Assembly (NCBI GenBank): GCA_965237675.1
Contig: OZ250150.1
Coordinates: 1,952,001-2,016,000, forward strand
DNA: 64,000 nt
Reading direction: 5' to 3'
Origin: Candidatus Latescibacterota bacterium
Lineage (GTDB): Bacteria > Latescibacterota > UBA2968 > GCA-2709665
The notes under the pieces were generated by a model. That model worked only from the letters and a program-made list of their open reading frames with translations, searched no databases and was not told where the DNA came from. Below, in pieces: positions 28,422-39,852 of this stretch. Each line of letters begins with the position of its first letter. Position 1 is the first letter of the stretch. The position numbers and the translations under genes were made by a program.

Positions 28422-31400
28422 GTGAGTGAATTGAAGCGCGAACTGGAAATCGAACTGGAACGGAAAGACCTATGGCCCGCGGGGCGTGAACCCACGGCGC
28501 TGGGCGAGCTTGTCCGGATGGAAATCGTGAAGCATATCTGGGATAGCCGGCACAGTTCCAAGCTGACGGGATTCGAATACGCAAAGCGTCGGGGAACGCG
28601 AAATATGATGGATCCCGTCAGGCCGCTTCTGGATCAACCCCGGGGACGTACACGGGTCTTTGCGTGTTGGATCGCCGATGCGCTAACGGTCTCCGCGGCG
28701 TGCGAGGGACGGACCGACGGGGAGGATCGTGTTGTCGTGACGGTGCTGTCGGGGGGAGATTCGCTTCTTCAGTTCGAGTGTATGTCGGATGGGACGGTTC
28801 GGTTGCCGGAAGGAGCGGGGCGGGTGACGTTCGACGTGGAGCCGGGAGAGAACGGTTGGACGGCGCGCCTGACGGTGCCGTGGGCGATGCTCGGCGTGCG
28901 GCCGCGACCCGGGTTGCAGCTTCCGCTTAACGTGGCGCGGTTCACGGATTGGACGGACACGCCGCCGCCCGCGATGCTACCCGATGGATTTCTGGTCAAC
29001 GGGCTTGGGCGGGTCACGCCCGGGTTGGAAGTGAGCACGTTGAGCCGGGCGGTGCGGTATCCAACCACCGGGGATCCGGTGCGGGCGGACCGGCTGGGGC
29101 GTCTGGCGTTGAGTCCACCTCTGGTCATCCAGGATTTGAGGCTGCGCGACGTGGGGCTGACACAAAAAGCGCTACAGATGAATCTGAGACCCGCGGGGAC
29201 ACCGCCTGAGTCGCTCGATGTACGCGTCGTGCTTGCGGATCCGTATGGAAAGAAGACAGTTTTTGTAGACCGGATCCACGGTACCGGCGAGGTACGGATG
29301 CGGCTGGACTATATGTTTAGTGCGTTCAGGGGTTTTCTGTATCCGTACCGTCTGACGATTGCGTTATCCGATCCGGAAACGGGGGCGCCGCTGACCGATG
29401 AGGTGTGCGAGTTTCTGCCGTCCCGGCGGGTCCGTCTGGATCCGCTGCGCCTGGGCAACGATCAGCGCGGCACGGGCCGATTTCGGCTGGCAGGTGATGG
29501 TTTGGCGGATACACGGTGGCAGGTGTCGCTGGTGAATGACGCGGGCGAGGCCCTGGACAGGGGAAGGGTGATGGCGGATTCGGACGAGGTGGCGTTTGAA
29601 GTCAGCATCGGGGAAGTGCCCAGGGGACGGTACCGATTGCGGCTGGCCCCGGTTGGGTTGACACCCGCCTGCCACCTGGAATGCCCGTGTAACGTGATGG
29701 GTGCGAGGGCACGGCCCCTTGTGCTCCTTGGCCGCGAGGACGTCGCGCGGCTGCGGGTGCAGGCGAAAGCAGCGGGTCTGAAACCGCATTACCTGGTGAT
29801 GAAGGCCGGGGTGGATGAAGTGCTTGAACGGGGTACGATTCTGGAGCGCAGCCTTACGCCCGGGGGGACGGAGGTTCGCGAGATCGTACTCGACGACCTT
29901 CAGGCAGGCGAGAATCTGCTGATGCAGGGACACGCGGAGGATACGCTGTTTCAGCGAGACCCCCACCAGATGATGGCCGCGGCGCTCGTCTACCTGATTG
30001 AGCGGGATGAACGTTACGGGATGCTGGCGAAGAAGATGGTCCAGGTGCTTGCGGAGCACGTGTTGTGGGGCGACCCGAGGGTATACGGGGCCGACCCGGA
30101 TCTGATGTGGAAAGCGATGTATTGCGGGTTGGCCATGGACTGGTTGGGAGATCTGTTTACACCGGACGAACGGCGGGCGGTGCGGGATCGGTTGGTCGAG
30201 AACGGGTTGCAGGTGTACCTGTGGGCGATGGAGAATGATCAGGCCTACTGGAAGGGACGAATAGCGAATCTCACGCCAATTTCGGATAGTGTGGCGTCCG
30301 CGTTGGCGCTTTGCCTGCGTGATGAAGTGTTGGACGCGGAAGACGTGCTCAGGATGGCCAGGGAGGACATTGGAACGCCGATGCGCGCGTTCCCGCCTGA
30401 CGGGTCATGGCCGGAATCCGTCAACTACTGGGGGGTGTTCCTGCGCGGGGTGATCCTGCACGGCATGGCGATGCAGTCGGCTACGGGTACGGACGATGGG
30501 GTTTTTTCGTTACCGGGCATGCGGGATACGGGATATTTTCCCGTTTACTTTACGCCACGGGGCGTGCCGGCCGGGTTCAACGACGGCATGAATAAAGGGG
30601 CGGCTCCTTTTCTGCATCTGTTGGCGCGGCGGTATAACGAGCCCCTTTTTTCTCTGTACGCGGATGCATACGGCGGAGAGGGCGAAAACAGGCGTTCCGA
30701 TTGGTATACGGTCATGTGGCGTTCTCCCGAGATTCCGTATCAGCCCCCCGCGCCGCGTACCGCGGTGGGCGACAGGCCCGCGCCCGCACCGCTCGGGGCA
30801 AAACTGGCGGGGTTGAAACGTCTTCGGGTCTACGAGGAGATCCGCTGGGCCGCGCTCGCCTCGGATTGGCCCGATCCAGCGCTGTACGCATCATTCAAGA
30901 GCGGATACGCCGTTCCCGGTTTCGGGCATACGAGCCTGGATTTGAACGCCATCCAGGTGGTGGCGGGAGGAGAACCGCTGATCCGGCGCAGCCACGACTA
31001 CAGTACGCCGCCGGAGGGATACAGCACCACGCTGGTCGACGGGAAGCCGCAGGGCCCGGGTACGGGAACGTTCCTGTATTGGGAGGAGGCGTCTCGGCAC
31101 CTCGCCATCGCGGCGGAGGCGGACCGGTCGTTCGGAGAGGGTGTCAGACGGGTCCGGCGACACCTCGTCATGGTGGATGGGCGATACCTGGTTGTGGTGG
31201 ACGAAGCGTGGGCGGACCGACCGGTCCGTATGACGTTTATGGCGCATACGACGGGGGAGATCGTCACCGACGCCGGTCGGTGTGAGATCCGCGGGAAGAA
31301 GACGCGGTTGTCTCTGGTGTTTGCCGGATCGGCGGTGACGACAGACTGCGTACCCCCGCCGGACTGCGTGATGGGACAACTCACGGACCGGGCGCTGCAT

Positions 31401-31589
31401 GCAACCACAAAGGCCAGTCGCAAGGTCGCGTTGCTAACGGTAATCTGGCCGGAAACGCGTGATACCGCGGCGCCCGAGTGTCGATGGGATGGCGAGCGGC
31501 TGGCGGTTCGCCGGCCGGACGGCGTGAAGGACGAATTGGTATTCGGGCGGGAGAATTCCGATATACGATTTCTGCGCGTCGAGGCATAA
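28422..31589 (+). CDS. Large heparinase II/III-like protein with N-terminal beta-sandwich (CBM9-like) region
   Basis: DGSWPESVNYW, FNDG, GHTSLDLN, STTLVDG, RRHLVMV..YLVVVDE. Start assumed at GTG 28422. Confidence 0.7.
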   Translation: MSELKRELEIELERKDLWPAGREPTALGELVRMEIVKHIWDSRHSSKLTGFEYAKRRGTRNMMDPVRPLLDQPRGRTRVFACWIADALTVSAACEGRTDGEDRVVVTVLSGGDSLLQFECMSDGTVRLPEGAGRVTFDVEPGENGWTARLTVPWAMLGVRPRPGLQLPLNVARFTDWTDTPPPAMLPDGFLVNGLGRVTPGLEVSTLSRAVRYPTTGDPVRADRLGRLALSPPLVIQDLRLRDVGLTQKALQMNLRPAGTPPESLDVRVVLADPYGKKTVFVDRIHGTGEVRMRLDYMFSAFRGFLYPYRLTIALSDPETGAPLTDEVCEFLPSRRVRLDPLRLGNDQRGTGRFRLAGDGLADTRWQVSLVNDAGEALDRGRVMADSDEVAFEVSIGEVPRGRYRLRLAPVGLTPACHLECPCNVMGARARPLVLLGREDVARLRVQAKAAGLKPHYLVMKAGVDEVLERGTILERSLTPGGTEVREIVLDDLQAGENLLMQGHAEDTLFQRDPHQMMAAALVYLIERDERYGMLAKKMVQVLAEHVLWGDPRVYGADPDLMWKAMYCGLAMDWLGDLFTPDERRAVRDRLVENGLQVYLWAMENDQAYWKGRIANLTPISDSVASALALCLRDEVLDAEDVLRMAREDIGTPMRAFPPDGSWPESVNYWGVFLRGVILHGMAMQSATGTDDGVFSLPGMRDTGYFPVYFTPRGVPAGFNDGMNKGAAPFLHLLARRYNEPLFSLYADAYGGEGENRRSDWYTVMWRSPEIPYQPPAPRTAVGDRPAPAPLGAKLAGLKRLRVYEEIRWAALASDWPDPALYASFKSGYAVPGFGHTSLDLNAIQVVAGGEPLIRRSHDYSTPPEGYSTTLVDGKPQGPGTGTFLYWEEASRHLAIAAEADRSFGEGVRRVRRHLVMVDGRYLVVVDEAWADRPVRMTFMAHTTGEIVTDAGRCEIRGKKTRLSLVFAGSAVTTDCVPPPDCVMGQLTDRALHATTKASRKVALLTVIWPETRDTAAPECRWDGERLAVRRPDGVKDELVFGRENSDIRFLRVEA

Positions 31590-31647
31590 ACCGGTGCGAA
31601 GCGCGTCTCCCGCCTGGTGATTCCACATGCGAAGGAAAGGACAGGAA

Positions 31648-33876
31648 ATGGCAACAGCGAAAATCACCTGGACAAAAACCGACGAAGCGCCCGCGCTGGC
31701 CACCTGTGCGTTTCTGCCAATTGTTCAGTCGTACACCCGGGGATCCGGCATCGAGGTCGAACCCAGCGACATCTCGCTTGCCGGCAGGATCATTGCCAAC
31801 TTCCCCGAAAACCTGACCGAAACGCAGAAAATCCCCGATTACCTGAACGAACTCGGCGCCCTGACCCGGAAACCCGAGGCCAATATTCTCAAACTGCCCA
31901 ACATCAGCGCGACGGTTCCGCAACTGAAAGCGGCCATCAAGGAACTGCAAGCCAGGGGCTACGACATTCCCGACTATCCTGACGAGCCCCAAACCGACGC
32001 CGAGCGCGCGCTGCAGGTCCGCTTTGCCGTGGTCCTCGGTTCCGCGGTCAATCCGGTACTGCGCCAGGGAAACTCGGACCGGCGCGCCGCGACTTCGGTC
32101 AAGGAATTCTTCCGGAAACATCCCCACAAAATGATGCGGCCATGGCCGAAGTCGGGGTCCAGGGCCCGGGTCGCGCACATGAACGGCAGGGATTTCTTCG
32201 AGAGTGAGAAATCGACCACAGTGAACGCAGCGACTCGTGTGCGGATCGAGTTCGTGGCCGCCGACGGGCAGGTCACCGTGCTCAAAGACGGGATATCACT
32301 GGAAACCGGCGAAGTGGTCGACACCGCGACGATGAACGTGAGAGCCCTCCGGCGATTCTATTCGGAGCAGATGGACGCCGCAAAGCGGGACGGGGCGCTG
32401 CTGTCACTGCATCTCAAATCCACGATGATGAAAGTCTCCGATCCCATTATGTTCGGCCACTGTGTGTCGGTCTATTTCCAGGAGGCGCTGGACAAACATG
32501 CCGATACGCTGGAAGCGATCGGGGCGGACGTGAAATACGGCCTTGCCGATGTGCTCGCCCGGCTCGATCGCCTGCCTGCGGACAAAATGGCCGAGATCGA
32601 GGCTGATATCGCCGGGGTTTATGGCAGTCGTCCCGGACTGGCCATGGTCGATTCCGATCGCGGCATCACCAACCTGCATAGGCCGAACGACGTCATTATC
32701 GATGCCTCGATGCCGAACGTGGTCCGCGACGGCGGCAAGATGTGGAATCCGGACGGAGAACCGCAGGATACGATCGCCATGGTGCCCGACCGGTGTTATG
32801 CGACCATGTATAAGGAGATTCTCGACGACGCGAAAGCGCGTGGCCAGTTCGATCCGGCCACCATGGGCAGCGTGTCCAATGTGGGTCTTATGGCGCAGAA
32901 GGCCGAGGAGTACGGGTCGCACGACAAGACGTTTGAAGCACCTGCCGCAGGAGAGATTCGCGTTGTCGACGCGTCCGGTAACGTGTTGCTCGTTCAGGCG
33001 GTCGAAGTCGGCGATATCTTCCGGATGTGCCAGACGAAGGAGGCCGCCATTCGGGACTGGGTTGGCCTTGCCGTGAGAAGAGCGGGAGCCACCGGCGCGC
33101 CGGTGGTCTTCTGGCTCGACCGGATCAGGGCGCACGATGCTGAAATCATCGCGAAGTTGAACCTTTTTCTTCCGGATCATGACACAAGGGGTCAGGACGT
33201 CCGCGTGATGAGACCCCAGGACGCGATGCGGTTCTCGCTGGAACGGATCCGGAGAGGAGAGGATACCATTGCGGCGACAGGCAACGTGCTTCGCGACTAT
33301 CTGACCGATCTGTTCCCCATACTGGAACTCGGGACCAGCGCGAGGATGCTGTCGATCGTGAGATTGATGGACGGAGGCGGGCTGTTCGAGACAGGGGCCG
33401 GCGGGTCGGCGCCCAAGCATGTCCAACAGTTCCTGAAAGAAGGACATCTGAGGTGGGACTCGCTGGGCGAATACTGCGCCCTTGTACCCTCGTTTCGCCT
33501 GATTGCCGAGAACACGGGGAATACAATGGCCGCGCTCTTCGCCGATACGCTGGATCAGGCCATTACGAGATACCTGGAGAACTCGCGGTCGCCCTCCCGC
33601 AAGGTGAACGAGATCGACAACCGGGGCAGCACGTTCTATCTTGCGATGTACTGGGCGCAAGCCCTGGCGGCCCAGGACAGCGACGGGGAACTGAAGGCGC
33701 GGTTTAGGGGTGTCGCAAGAAGGCTCGAGGAAAATGAGGACAGGATTACGAAGGAATTGTTGGCCGCGCAAGGTGCGCCGGTTGAAATTGGCGGCTATTA
33801 TACGCCCGATCCGGACCTGACGGCCAGGGCGATGCGGCCCAGCCGGACCTTCAATACCATTATAGACGCCGCGTGA
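31648..33876 (+). CDS. icd: Monomeric NADP-dependent isocitrate dehydrogenase
   Basis: [62 protein letters not shown]. Confidence 0.97.
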   Translation: MATAKITWTKTDEAPALATCAFLPIVQSYTRGSGIEVEPSDISLAGRIIANFPENLTETQKIPDYLNELGALTRKPEANILKLPNISATVPQLKAAIKELQARGYDIPDYPDEPQTDAERALQVRFAVVLGSAVNPVLRQGNSDRRAATSVKEFFRKHPHKMMRPWPKSGSRARVAHMNGRDFFESEKSTTVNAATRVRIEFVAADGQVTVLKDGISLETGEVVDTATMNVRALRRFYSEQMDAAKRDGALLSLHLKSTMMKVSDPIMFGHCVSVYFQEALDKHADTLEAIGADVKYGLADVLARLDRLPADKMAEIEADIAGVYGSRPGLAMVDSDRGITNLHRPNDVIIDASMPNVVRDGGKMWNPDGEPQDTIAMVPDRCYATMYKEILDDAKARGQFDPATMGSVSNVGLMAQKAEEYGSHDKTFEAPAAGEIRVVDASGNVLLVQAVEVGDIFRMCQTKEAAIRDWVGLAVRRAGATGAPVVFWLDRIRAHDAEIIAKLNLFLPDHDTRGQDVRVMRPQDAMRFSLERIRRGEDTIAATGNVLRDYLTDLFPILELGTSARMLSIVRLMDGGGLFETGAGGSAPKHVQQFLKEGHLRWDSLGEYCALVPSFRLIAENTGNTMAALFADTLDQAITRYLENSRSPSRKVNEIDNRGSTFYLAMYWAQALAAQDSDGELKARFRGVARRLEENEDRITKELLAAQGAPVEIGGYYTPDPDLTARAMRPSRTFNTIIDAA

Positions 33877-35356
33877 ATTGCGACCTGAGCGGCCTGCGCT
33901 GGCTCTGAAGAGAAGGATCCACGGGGTCCGGCGCATCCGCCTGGTTTGTTCCCTCGTAGACTTTTGCCGCGCTCAGCGCTTCCTGGAATGCGGCCAGGGG
34001 CCGATCGGCGCCGGGGTACCGGTCGGCGTGCGTGGAACCGTTTTCCAGTTTGAGCACGCCGCGCGGGCAGACGGCGGAGCAGATGCCGCATCCCACGCAC
34101 GACGCGCGTACGATGTTTTCGCCGCGCTGGGCGTAGGCCCGGACGTCGATGCCCATTTCGCAGTATGTCGAGCAGTTGCCGCAGGACATGCACTGGCCGC
34201 CGTTGGTGGTGATACGGAAACGGGAGAAGAAACGCTGGAAGATGCCCAGAATCGCGGCCATGGGGCAGCCGAAACGGCACCAGACGCGGTTTCCCATCAG
34301 AGGATAGAAACCCACGCCGATGACGCCGGAAAACAGGGCGCCGATGTAGAAACCGTACGCACTGGCGAGCGGCCCGGAAAGCCGGCCGAAGACACGGCCT
34401 TCCGTTGCGGAGTTGATCCAGAGCGCGGCTGTGGTGACGGTAATGAAGACGAGGACCGCGTAGACGATGCCTCTTTCGATTCTCCAGGATTGGGTTGACT
34501 TGCTGGATAGCTGGCGAAAGGGGTCGCCCAGGGTCTCGGCGAGGCCGCCGCAGCCGCAGACCCAGGAGCAGTACCAGCGTTTTCCGTAAAAATAGGTAAG
34601 CGCGGGCGTGGCGATGAAGGTGGCCACGGCGCCCCAGAAGACCATAAAGACGCCAAGGGCGCCCGGATGGCTGGTCAGACTGCCGACGGTGGAGGGAAAG
34701 AGGTAGTCGTATTTGAGCGGCCAGAAATAGGTGAAATAGAATTCGGGCTGGTTGAAGCTCTTGAGCAGTTGCGGAATCAGAAAAGCGAAGCCGAGTTGGA
34801 AAAACATGACGGAGGCGGTGCGGATGATCTGGTAGCGATTGTGGCGGTACTTCATGAACATGCGGACGCCGAACACGAGGATGGCGAGCGTGTACAGGAA
34901 GCCGTAGAAGAACCATCGATCCGCGGGGCCGCCGGCAAGCGCGTGGGCAAGAGGGTCGACCAGCCGAACACCGCGTTCCAGGTATTCGGGCCACCAGTAG
35001 AGCACGATGTAAAACCCTGTGAAGGCAATGCCCAGACCCCAACCGATGAGACCCAGATGGGTCGCGCTGCCGAACATAATCCCATCGTGCTTGATGCCCG
35101 GGACCGTGTTTTTGTAGGTGGACCAGAAATACGCAGCCGATCCCGGCACGATAAGTCCGAAGCTGAGCAGCAGGCCGGTCCATGTGCCGGAAAGGGGACC
35201 GAGCAGGGTGACGACGAGGGCGAGGAAGCCGAGGGCAACGGCGGATATGGAGATCCTTTCAGACCAGGATGCCGGCGGCGCGGGTTGCGCCGGCGGTTCC
35301 TCGAAGCCAAGCGTTTCTTCGTCGAAATCATAGTCGAGGGTGGCGATATCCATCAT
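33860..35356 (-). CDS. Membrane-bound polyferredoxin (4Fe-4S binding, NapH/YccM-like)
   Basis: [43 protein letters not shown] plus multiple TMs. Confidence 0.88.
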   Translation of the reverse strand: MMDIATLDYDFDEETLGFEEPPAQPAPPASWSERISISAVALGFLALVVTLLGPLSGTWTGLLLSFGLIVPGSAAYFWSTYKNTVPGIKHDGIMFGSATHLGLIGWGLGIAFTGFYIVLYWWPEYLERGVRLVDPLAHALAGGPADRWFFYGFLYTLAILVFGVRMFMKYRHNRYQIIRTASVMFFQLGFAFLIPQLLKSFNQPEFYFTYFWPLKYDYLFPSTVGSLTSHPGALGVFMVFWGAVATFIATPALTYFYGKRWYCSWVCGCGGLAETLGDPFRQLSSKSTQSWRIERGIVYAVLVFITVTTAALWINSATEGRVFGRLSGPLASAYGFYIGALFSGVIGVGFYPLMGNRVWCRFGCPMAAILGIFQRFFSRFRITTNGGQCMSCGNCSTYCEMGIDVRAYAQRGENIVRASCVGCGICSAVCPRGVLKLENGSTHADRYPGADRPLAAFQEALSAAKVYEGTNQADAPDPVDPSLQSQRRPLRSQFTRRL

Positions 35357-36621
35357 GAGAGTTGCTCCCTTAGGGTCGGTACGATTTCGTGCTCGTGCCG
35401 GTCGAAGAATTCCGGGTCGAAGTTGGCCTCCGCCAGGTGGTCCAGAACGAAGTCGACCGGGCGCTCTTCCGAAATCCAGGCCTCGCAGACTTCATGTCGG
35501 TAACGGATGCCCATGAGGTTGAAGCCGATCACGCCCTGATCGGTGTGCACGATACGCACGGACTGGCGCTGGTATGGGTGCTGCCAGAAGCAATTTTTCT
35601 CGCCCGGCACGTTGAGGTTGACGCGTCCGTAGACCTGGTATTCCAAGTCAAGGAACTTGGCGGAGTTGAACCAGATGCCGGGGTCGTACGAACGGTCTTC
35701 GCCCGCGATGACTTCGCCCGCAACCTCGCCCTGTTTCTTGCCGGTGTACCAGACCTGCTGCAACAGATTTCGGTCGCCGCCGGTTACAATTTCGGCACAG
35801 TCGCCCGCGGCGTAAATGTCCGGAGCACTGGTCTGAAAACGGTGATCGACCAGAATGCCGCGGCCGGTTTCTATGGCGGATTCCTTTACCAGGTCGGTAT
35901 TGGGAGAAACACCGGCCGTGAGGCCGACAAACTGGCATTCCAACCGTTCGCCGTCTTCTGTTACAACGCCGCATGCTCTGCCGTTTCCGTCGTCCAGAAT
36001 CTCCTTGAGGCTGGCCTGGAGTTTGAGACCGATGCCCTGTTCCCGGATGATCTCGTTGACCATACCGGACTCTTCTTTGGGGAGGACATTGCCCCAGTAC
36101 GTCGGTTCGCGTACGAGAAAGGTGACGTGAATGTTGCGCGTATGCAGCATTTCGGCGAGTTCAATGCCGATAAGGCCGCCGCCGACAATCACGGCATGGC
36201 GAGTGTACTTTGCGCTGTCGTAGAGAGTGCGGAGGTCCTGAAGGGAATAGAGACCCTGGACGCCTTTGAGGTCCTGGCCCGGCCATCCGAATTTGTTGGA
36301 CTTGGAGCCGGTGGCGATGAGCAATTTGTCAAAGTGGAAATCTCCGCCTCGGTGAAGGGTAAGGCATTTTTGCGCGGCGTCGATCCCGGTGACCCAGTCG
36401 CGGCGGAGGTCGAGACGGTTTATGGACCAGAAGTCGTCTTCGAAGGGTTTGGTGCCCCGATAGGTCATGTGGCCCATGAAAATATACATCAGGGCCGGCC
36501 GGGAATAGTGGTAACTGGATTCGCCGGAGATGAGGGTGATGCGCCAGTCGGGCTGTTTGCGCCGCAGCCTGATCGCTGCGGTAACACCGGTGACGCCGTT
36601 GCCGATAATGGCGACGTGCAC
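35353..36621 (-). CDS. FAD/NAD(P)-dependent oxidoreductase (pyridine nucleotide-disulphide fold)
   Basis: IIGNGVTG, LLIATGS, VGGGLIGIE, IYAAGDC. GTG start after GGAGG; 4-bp overlap with the downstream gene. Confidence 0.9.
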   Translation of the reverse strand: MHVAIIGNGVTGVTAAIRLRRKQPDWRITLISGESSYHYSRPALMYIFMGHMTYRGTKPFEDDFWSINRLDLRRDWVTGIDAAQKCLTLHRGGDFHFDKLLIATGSKSNKFGWPGQDLKGVQGLYSLQDLRTLYDSAKYTRHAVIVGGGLIGIELAEMLHTRNIHVTFLVREPTYWGNVLPKEESGMVNEIIREQGIGLKLQASLKEILDDGNGRACGVVTEDGERLECQFVGLTAGVSPNTDLVKESAIETGRGILVDHRFQTSAPDIYAAGDCAEIVTGGDRNLLQQVWYTGKKQGEVAGEVIAGEDRSYDPGIWFNSAKFLDLEYQVYGRVNLNVPGEKNCFWQHPYQRQSVRIVHTDQGVIGFNLMGIRYRHEVCEAWISEERPVDFVLDHLAEANFDPEFFDRHEHEIVPTLREQLS

Positions 36622-37327
36622 GAATGCGCCTCCTTGATTCCTCCTGACGGCGGGAGGTAGGTTTTTACTGCATTCAGTCCGTCGACGGGGGTTCCCTAAG
36701 GTCAGTCGGACCATTGAACACGGCGAAATGCCTCTCTCAACAGGTCAAACGCTGTCACATTGCCGGGGCGCTGATCCGGACCGCCGCCTGACCGCGACCG
36801 CGGTGGTATGCCGCGATTGCAGGGTATTCCGCGGCGTATCGCATTGAAATTAAACAATACAACCGGAAAGTCAAGAGCGTATACTGTAGTTGATTCGCAG
36901 AGGGACTTCGCATTTTTTTCCGGAATTCCGACCGTTCTTCCCGTCGAATCGTCCGTCGGCGCGGCCGGTTATTCAATGCGGCGACGGCTGGGTGATAGAA
37001 TCCCATGTGACTTCTGGAGTAAAATCGTGCACGGGCCTACTTACGAAAGGCGTGCAGGATCATTGCAGGAGGGTGTGTACAAGTTCGATCGCAAGCCCGG
37101 ATTCCTGCATTTAACTGACGAACCCGGCGGGGCGCAGGTTCCATAAACCTCGTGTCGGGCGTCCGTGCGTGATCACCCGTACTCGCGGGTGTCACAGAGA
37201 ACGTCACCGAAAATGAAGTGTTGGAATGGTGGCGAAGCTCGTGGAAATGGGGTTCAAGTAGCACTGGAAGGATCCGGAGGTCTTCGAATCCCGCCGCAGC
37301 GCCTGGCGTGGATTCAGATGGGAGAAG

Positions 37328-39796
37328 GTGCAAATGAGCGTGCCGCCGGCAGACGAGATCACCCTTGAGGAACAGGAGCGTCCCAACCTTTTCCTTACCG
37401 TGCAGGAACTGGAGAGGATCCGGAAACGGGTACGGCAGTCAGGGACTTACCAGGCCGCGCGATTTGCCGAGATCAGGAAGGCGGCTGAGGCGTGGCTCGA
37501 AGATCCCATACCGCAACCGGACATGGGCGGCGGGATTTCAAGATCGTTCAGCTGTCCGGATGACGGGAACTACCTGGTATACGACAGGAAGGAATCCCGC
37601 TCGCACCGGTGCCCCAAATGTGGAAAGGAGTATGGCGGGGAGGCATACGACGGCTGGTGGCGCAGGCTTGCGCATCACGAAGTCGCCTATGCGTCGAGGG
37701 ATCTGGCGCTGGTCTATGCGATAACCGGCGACGTGAGATCCGCGCGGGAGGCGGCGCGGATCCTCGTGGACAACGCAAATCTGTATCCGACGTTACCTGC
37801 GCTGAATCTGTCGCGGCTGGGGATCGAGGCGCTGGACGAGGTCCGGCTGCTCATCGCGTTCGCGTCGGCTTACGATCTGGTGTCCACGAGCGGGTTTCTC
37901 TCGGCGGATGAACGAAATCGCATCGAGAACGGCTACTTCCGGAATGCGGCTGAGTTGATCAGGGTGGGGCAGGGGTCGTTCGTGGTGGACGGGACGATCG
38001 GTTCCAACTTCCAGGCCACCATCGATGCGGGTGTGGGTGTTGCGGGGCTGCTCCTGAGAGATCCGGGCCTGACGGCGTTCGCGATCAATGGGCCGGTGGG
38101 GTTTAACCGTCTTATGGAGATCGGGGTGCTGGAAAACGGGATGTGGTGGGAGTCGTCCATTCAGTACCATCTCGCCGTGATCCGATGGCTGCTGTACCTC
38201 ACGGAGGCCGCGTGGCGGTCGGGTATCGACCTATATCGGAATGAATCGTTCAGGCGGATGTTCAGATTGCCGATGCAAATGGCGTTTCCTGACGGCACGT
38301 TTCCAGTCATGAACGACGGCGTGTTCGATCAGCATATCGACCAGCACAGGGTGAACGCGGAGATCTATTACGCGCGAACCGGTGACGCGTCCGTGGCTTC
38401 GCTGCTTTTGCCGGGTCAGGTCACACGCGACGCGAGTTGGAACTGGGCATGGGACCTTTCGCTGTGCCTCGAGCCCACGTGGAAACCGGTTCAGCCGGCC
38501 AGGCCCCGCAGCGTGAACCTGGCGCCGAATGTGGCCATCCTCCGCTCCGTTGGAGACAATGGGATCCATGTGGCCATGGACTACGGCCCGCACGGTGGCT
38601 CGCACGGGCATCCGGACGCGCTGAATCTCGTGATTCACGCCAATGGCATGTTGCAGGCGCCCGACTTCGGCAACGGCGGCACGTATGCGTTGAAGGAATG
38701 GCGGGAATGGTACAAGCAGACGGTCAGCCACAATACAGTTGTTCCAGACGGGAAGTCGCTTTTTCCGTGCACGGGCAGGCTGAATTGTATTCACCTCAGC
38801 CCGCGGGCGAAAATCATGGACGCTTCGGCGGCCACCGACCCGTACAGCAATCAGACGGATCAGGATATATACGGCCATCCGCTTCCGGCGTTGAGACGGG
38901 TTGTGGCCCTTTTGGACGAGTCGTTTGTCGTGGACGTGTTTCGTGTGAGGTCCGGCCGGCCCTGCGACTGGGTCTATCGCAACCTGGGATTGCTCCAAAC
39001 CGGGGAGAAGATGGCCGTTCGGGAGGCTCCGCTCGGGAACGACAACGGGTATCAGCACATAAGAAACGTGAAAGGCGGGACCGCATCGGGCGAAAGCTGG
39101 AGGGCGACCTGGACGCGGGATGGGCAGGGAATGGCCCTGACGGCCGTCGGCGTTGAGGATAGAGAGTACTTTACTGGGGACGGGTACGGAAAACGGATCG
39201 ACGAGACGGTGTCCATGGTGCTGGTGCGCGCGGGCGGCGGGGATCCTGTTTTCAAGAACGTGCTGGAACCGTTCGTCGACAGACCATCCATCGTCGGGGC
39301 GCGGGAACTCGCCGTGGGCTGGCCGGATATCTGTCCCGACGGTTCCGGAATACCGGGGGTGGGGCTGGAGATCGATCGGGGAGACAACCGCCACTTTTTT
39401 CTCTTGGGATTCTGCTGGGGCGAAAAGCGGTTCGGGGACATCTCATTTGACGGTCAGATTGCGTATCTATCTTGCCGCCGGGACCAGAAGAAAGGTCTGC
39501 CCGACTACGCGTACCTGGTGGATACTCAGACGGTCTCGCGGGGCTCATTCTCGATTCGCATGAACCGGATGGCAACGCTCTATCTGCAGAGACAGGCAGA
39601 CGACGTGTACCTCCTTGCGAAACAGGGCGGCGACGCAGCGCACCTGGAGATCGGATGTGCAGACTGGAAGAACGCGACCGTCTTCGCACGCAACGAACCT
39701 GGCGCGCCTGCGGATGAAATCGACGCATCCGTAAAGAACGGCGTTCTTTCATTTAATGTGAACCCCGATTCGAGATACGAGATACGATTTCGATAG
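37328..39796 (+). CDS. Alginate lyase/heparinase II/III-like protein with N-terminal Cys cluster
   Basis: CPDDG..HRCPKCG, GMWWESSIQYH, MNDG, HGHPDALN, TVSHNTVV. Confidence 0.85.
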   Translation: MQMSVPPADEITLEEQERPNLFLTVQELERIRKRVRQSGTYQAARFAEIRKAAEAWLEDPIPQPDMGGGISRSFSCPDDGNYLVYDRKESRSHRCPKCGKEYGGEAYDGWWRRLAHHEVAYASRDLALVYAITGDVRSAREAARILVDNANLYPTLPALNLSRLGIEALDEVRLLIAFASAYDLVSTSGFLSADERNRIENGYFRNAAELIRVGQGSFVVDGTIGSNFQATIDAGVGVAGLLLRDPGLTAFAINGPVGFNRLMEIGVLENGMWWESSIQYHLAVIRWLLYLTEAAWRSGIDLYRNESFRRMFRLPMQMAFPDGTFPVMNDGVFDQHIDQHRVNAEIYYARTGDASVASLLLPGQVTRDASWNWAWDLSLCLEPTWKPVQPARPRSVNLAPNVAILRSVGDNGIHVAMDYGPHGGSHGHPDALNLVIHANGMLQAPDFGNGGTYALKEWREWYKQTVSHNTVVPDGKSLFPCTGRLNCIHLSPRAKIMDASAATDPYSNQTDQDIYGHPLPALRRVVALLDESFVVDVFRVRSGRPCDWVYRNLGLLQTGEKMAVREAPLGNDNGYQHIRNVKGGTASGESWRATWTRDGQGMALTAVGVEDREYFTGDGYGKRIDETVSMVLVRAGGGDPVFKNVLEPFVDRPSIVGARELAVGWPDICPDGSGIPGVGLEIDRGDNRHFFLLGFCWGEKRFGDISFDGQIAYLSCRRDQKKGLPDYAYLVDTQTVSRGSFSIRMNRMATLYLQRQADDVYLLAKQGGDAAHLEIGCADWKNATVFARNEPGAPADEIDASVKNGVLSFNVNPDSRYEIRFR

Positions 39797-39852
39797 AACC
39801 GGGACCAAAGCTGTCGCGTTTGTGGGTGCGTTTCGTGCCGCCCAGGCCGGCG

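Noticed and set aside
37226-37330. tRNA-like TTCGAATCCC (37283-37292) and an in-frame TAG upstream of the lyase gene (possible recoding)
   Set aside because: No cloverleaf can be built. The upstream frame is short and closed by another stop, so there is no evidence of readthrough.
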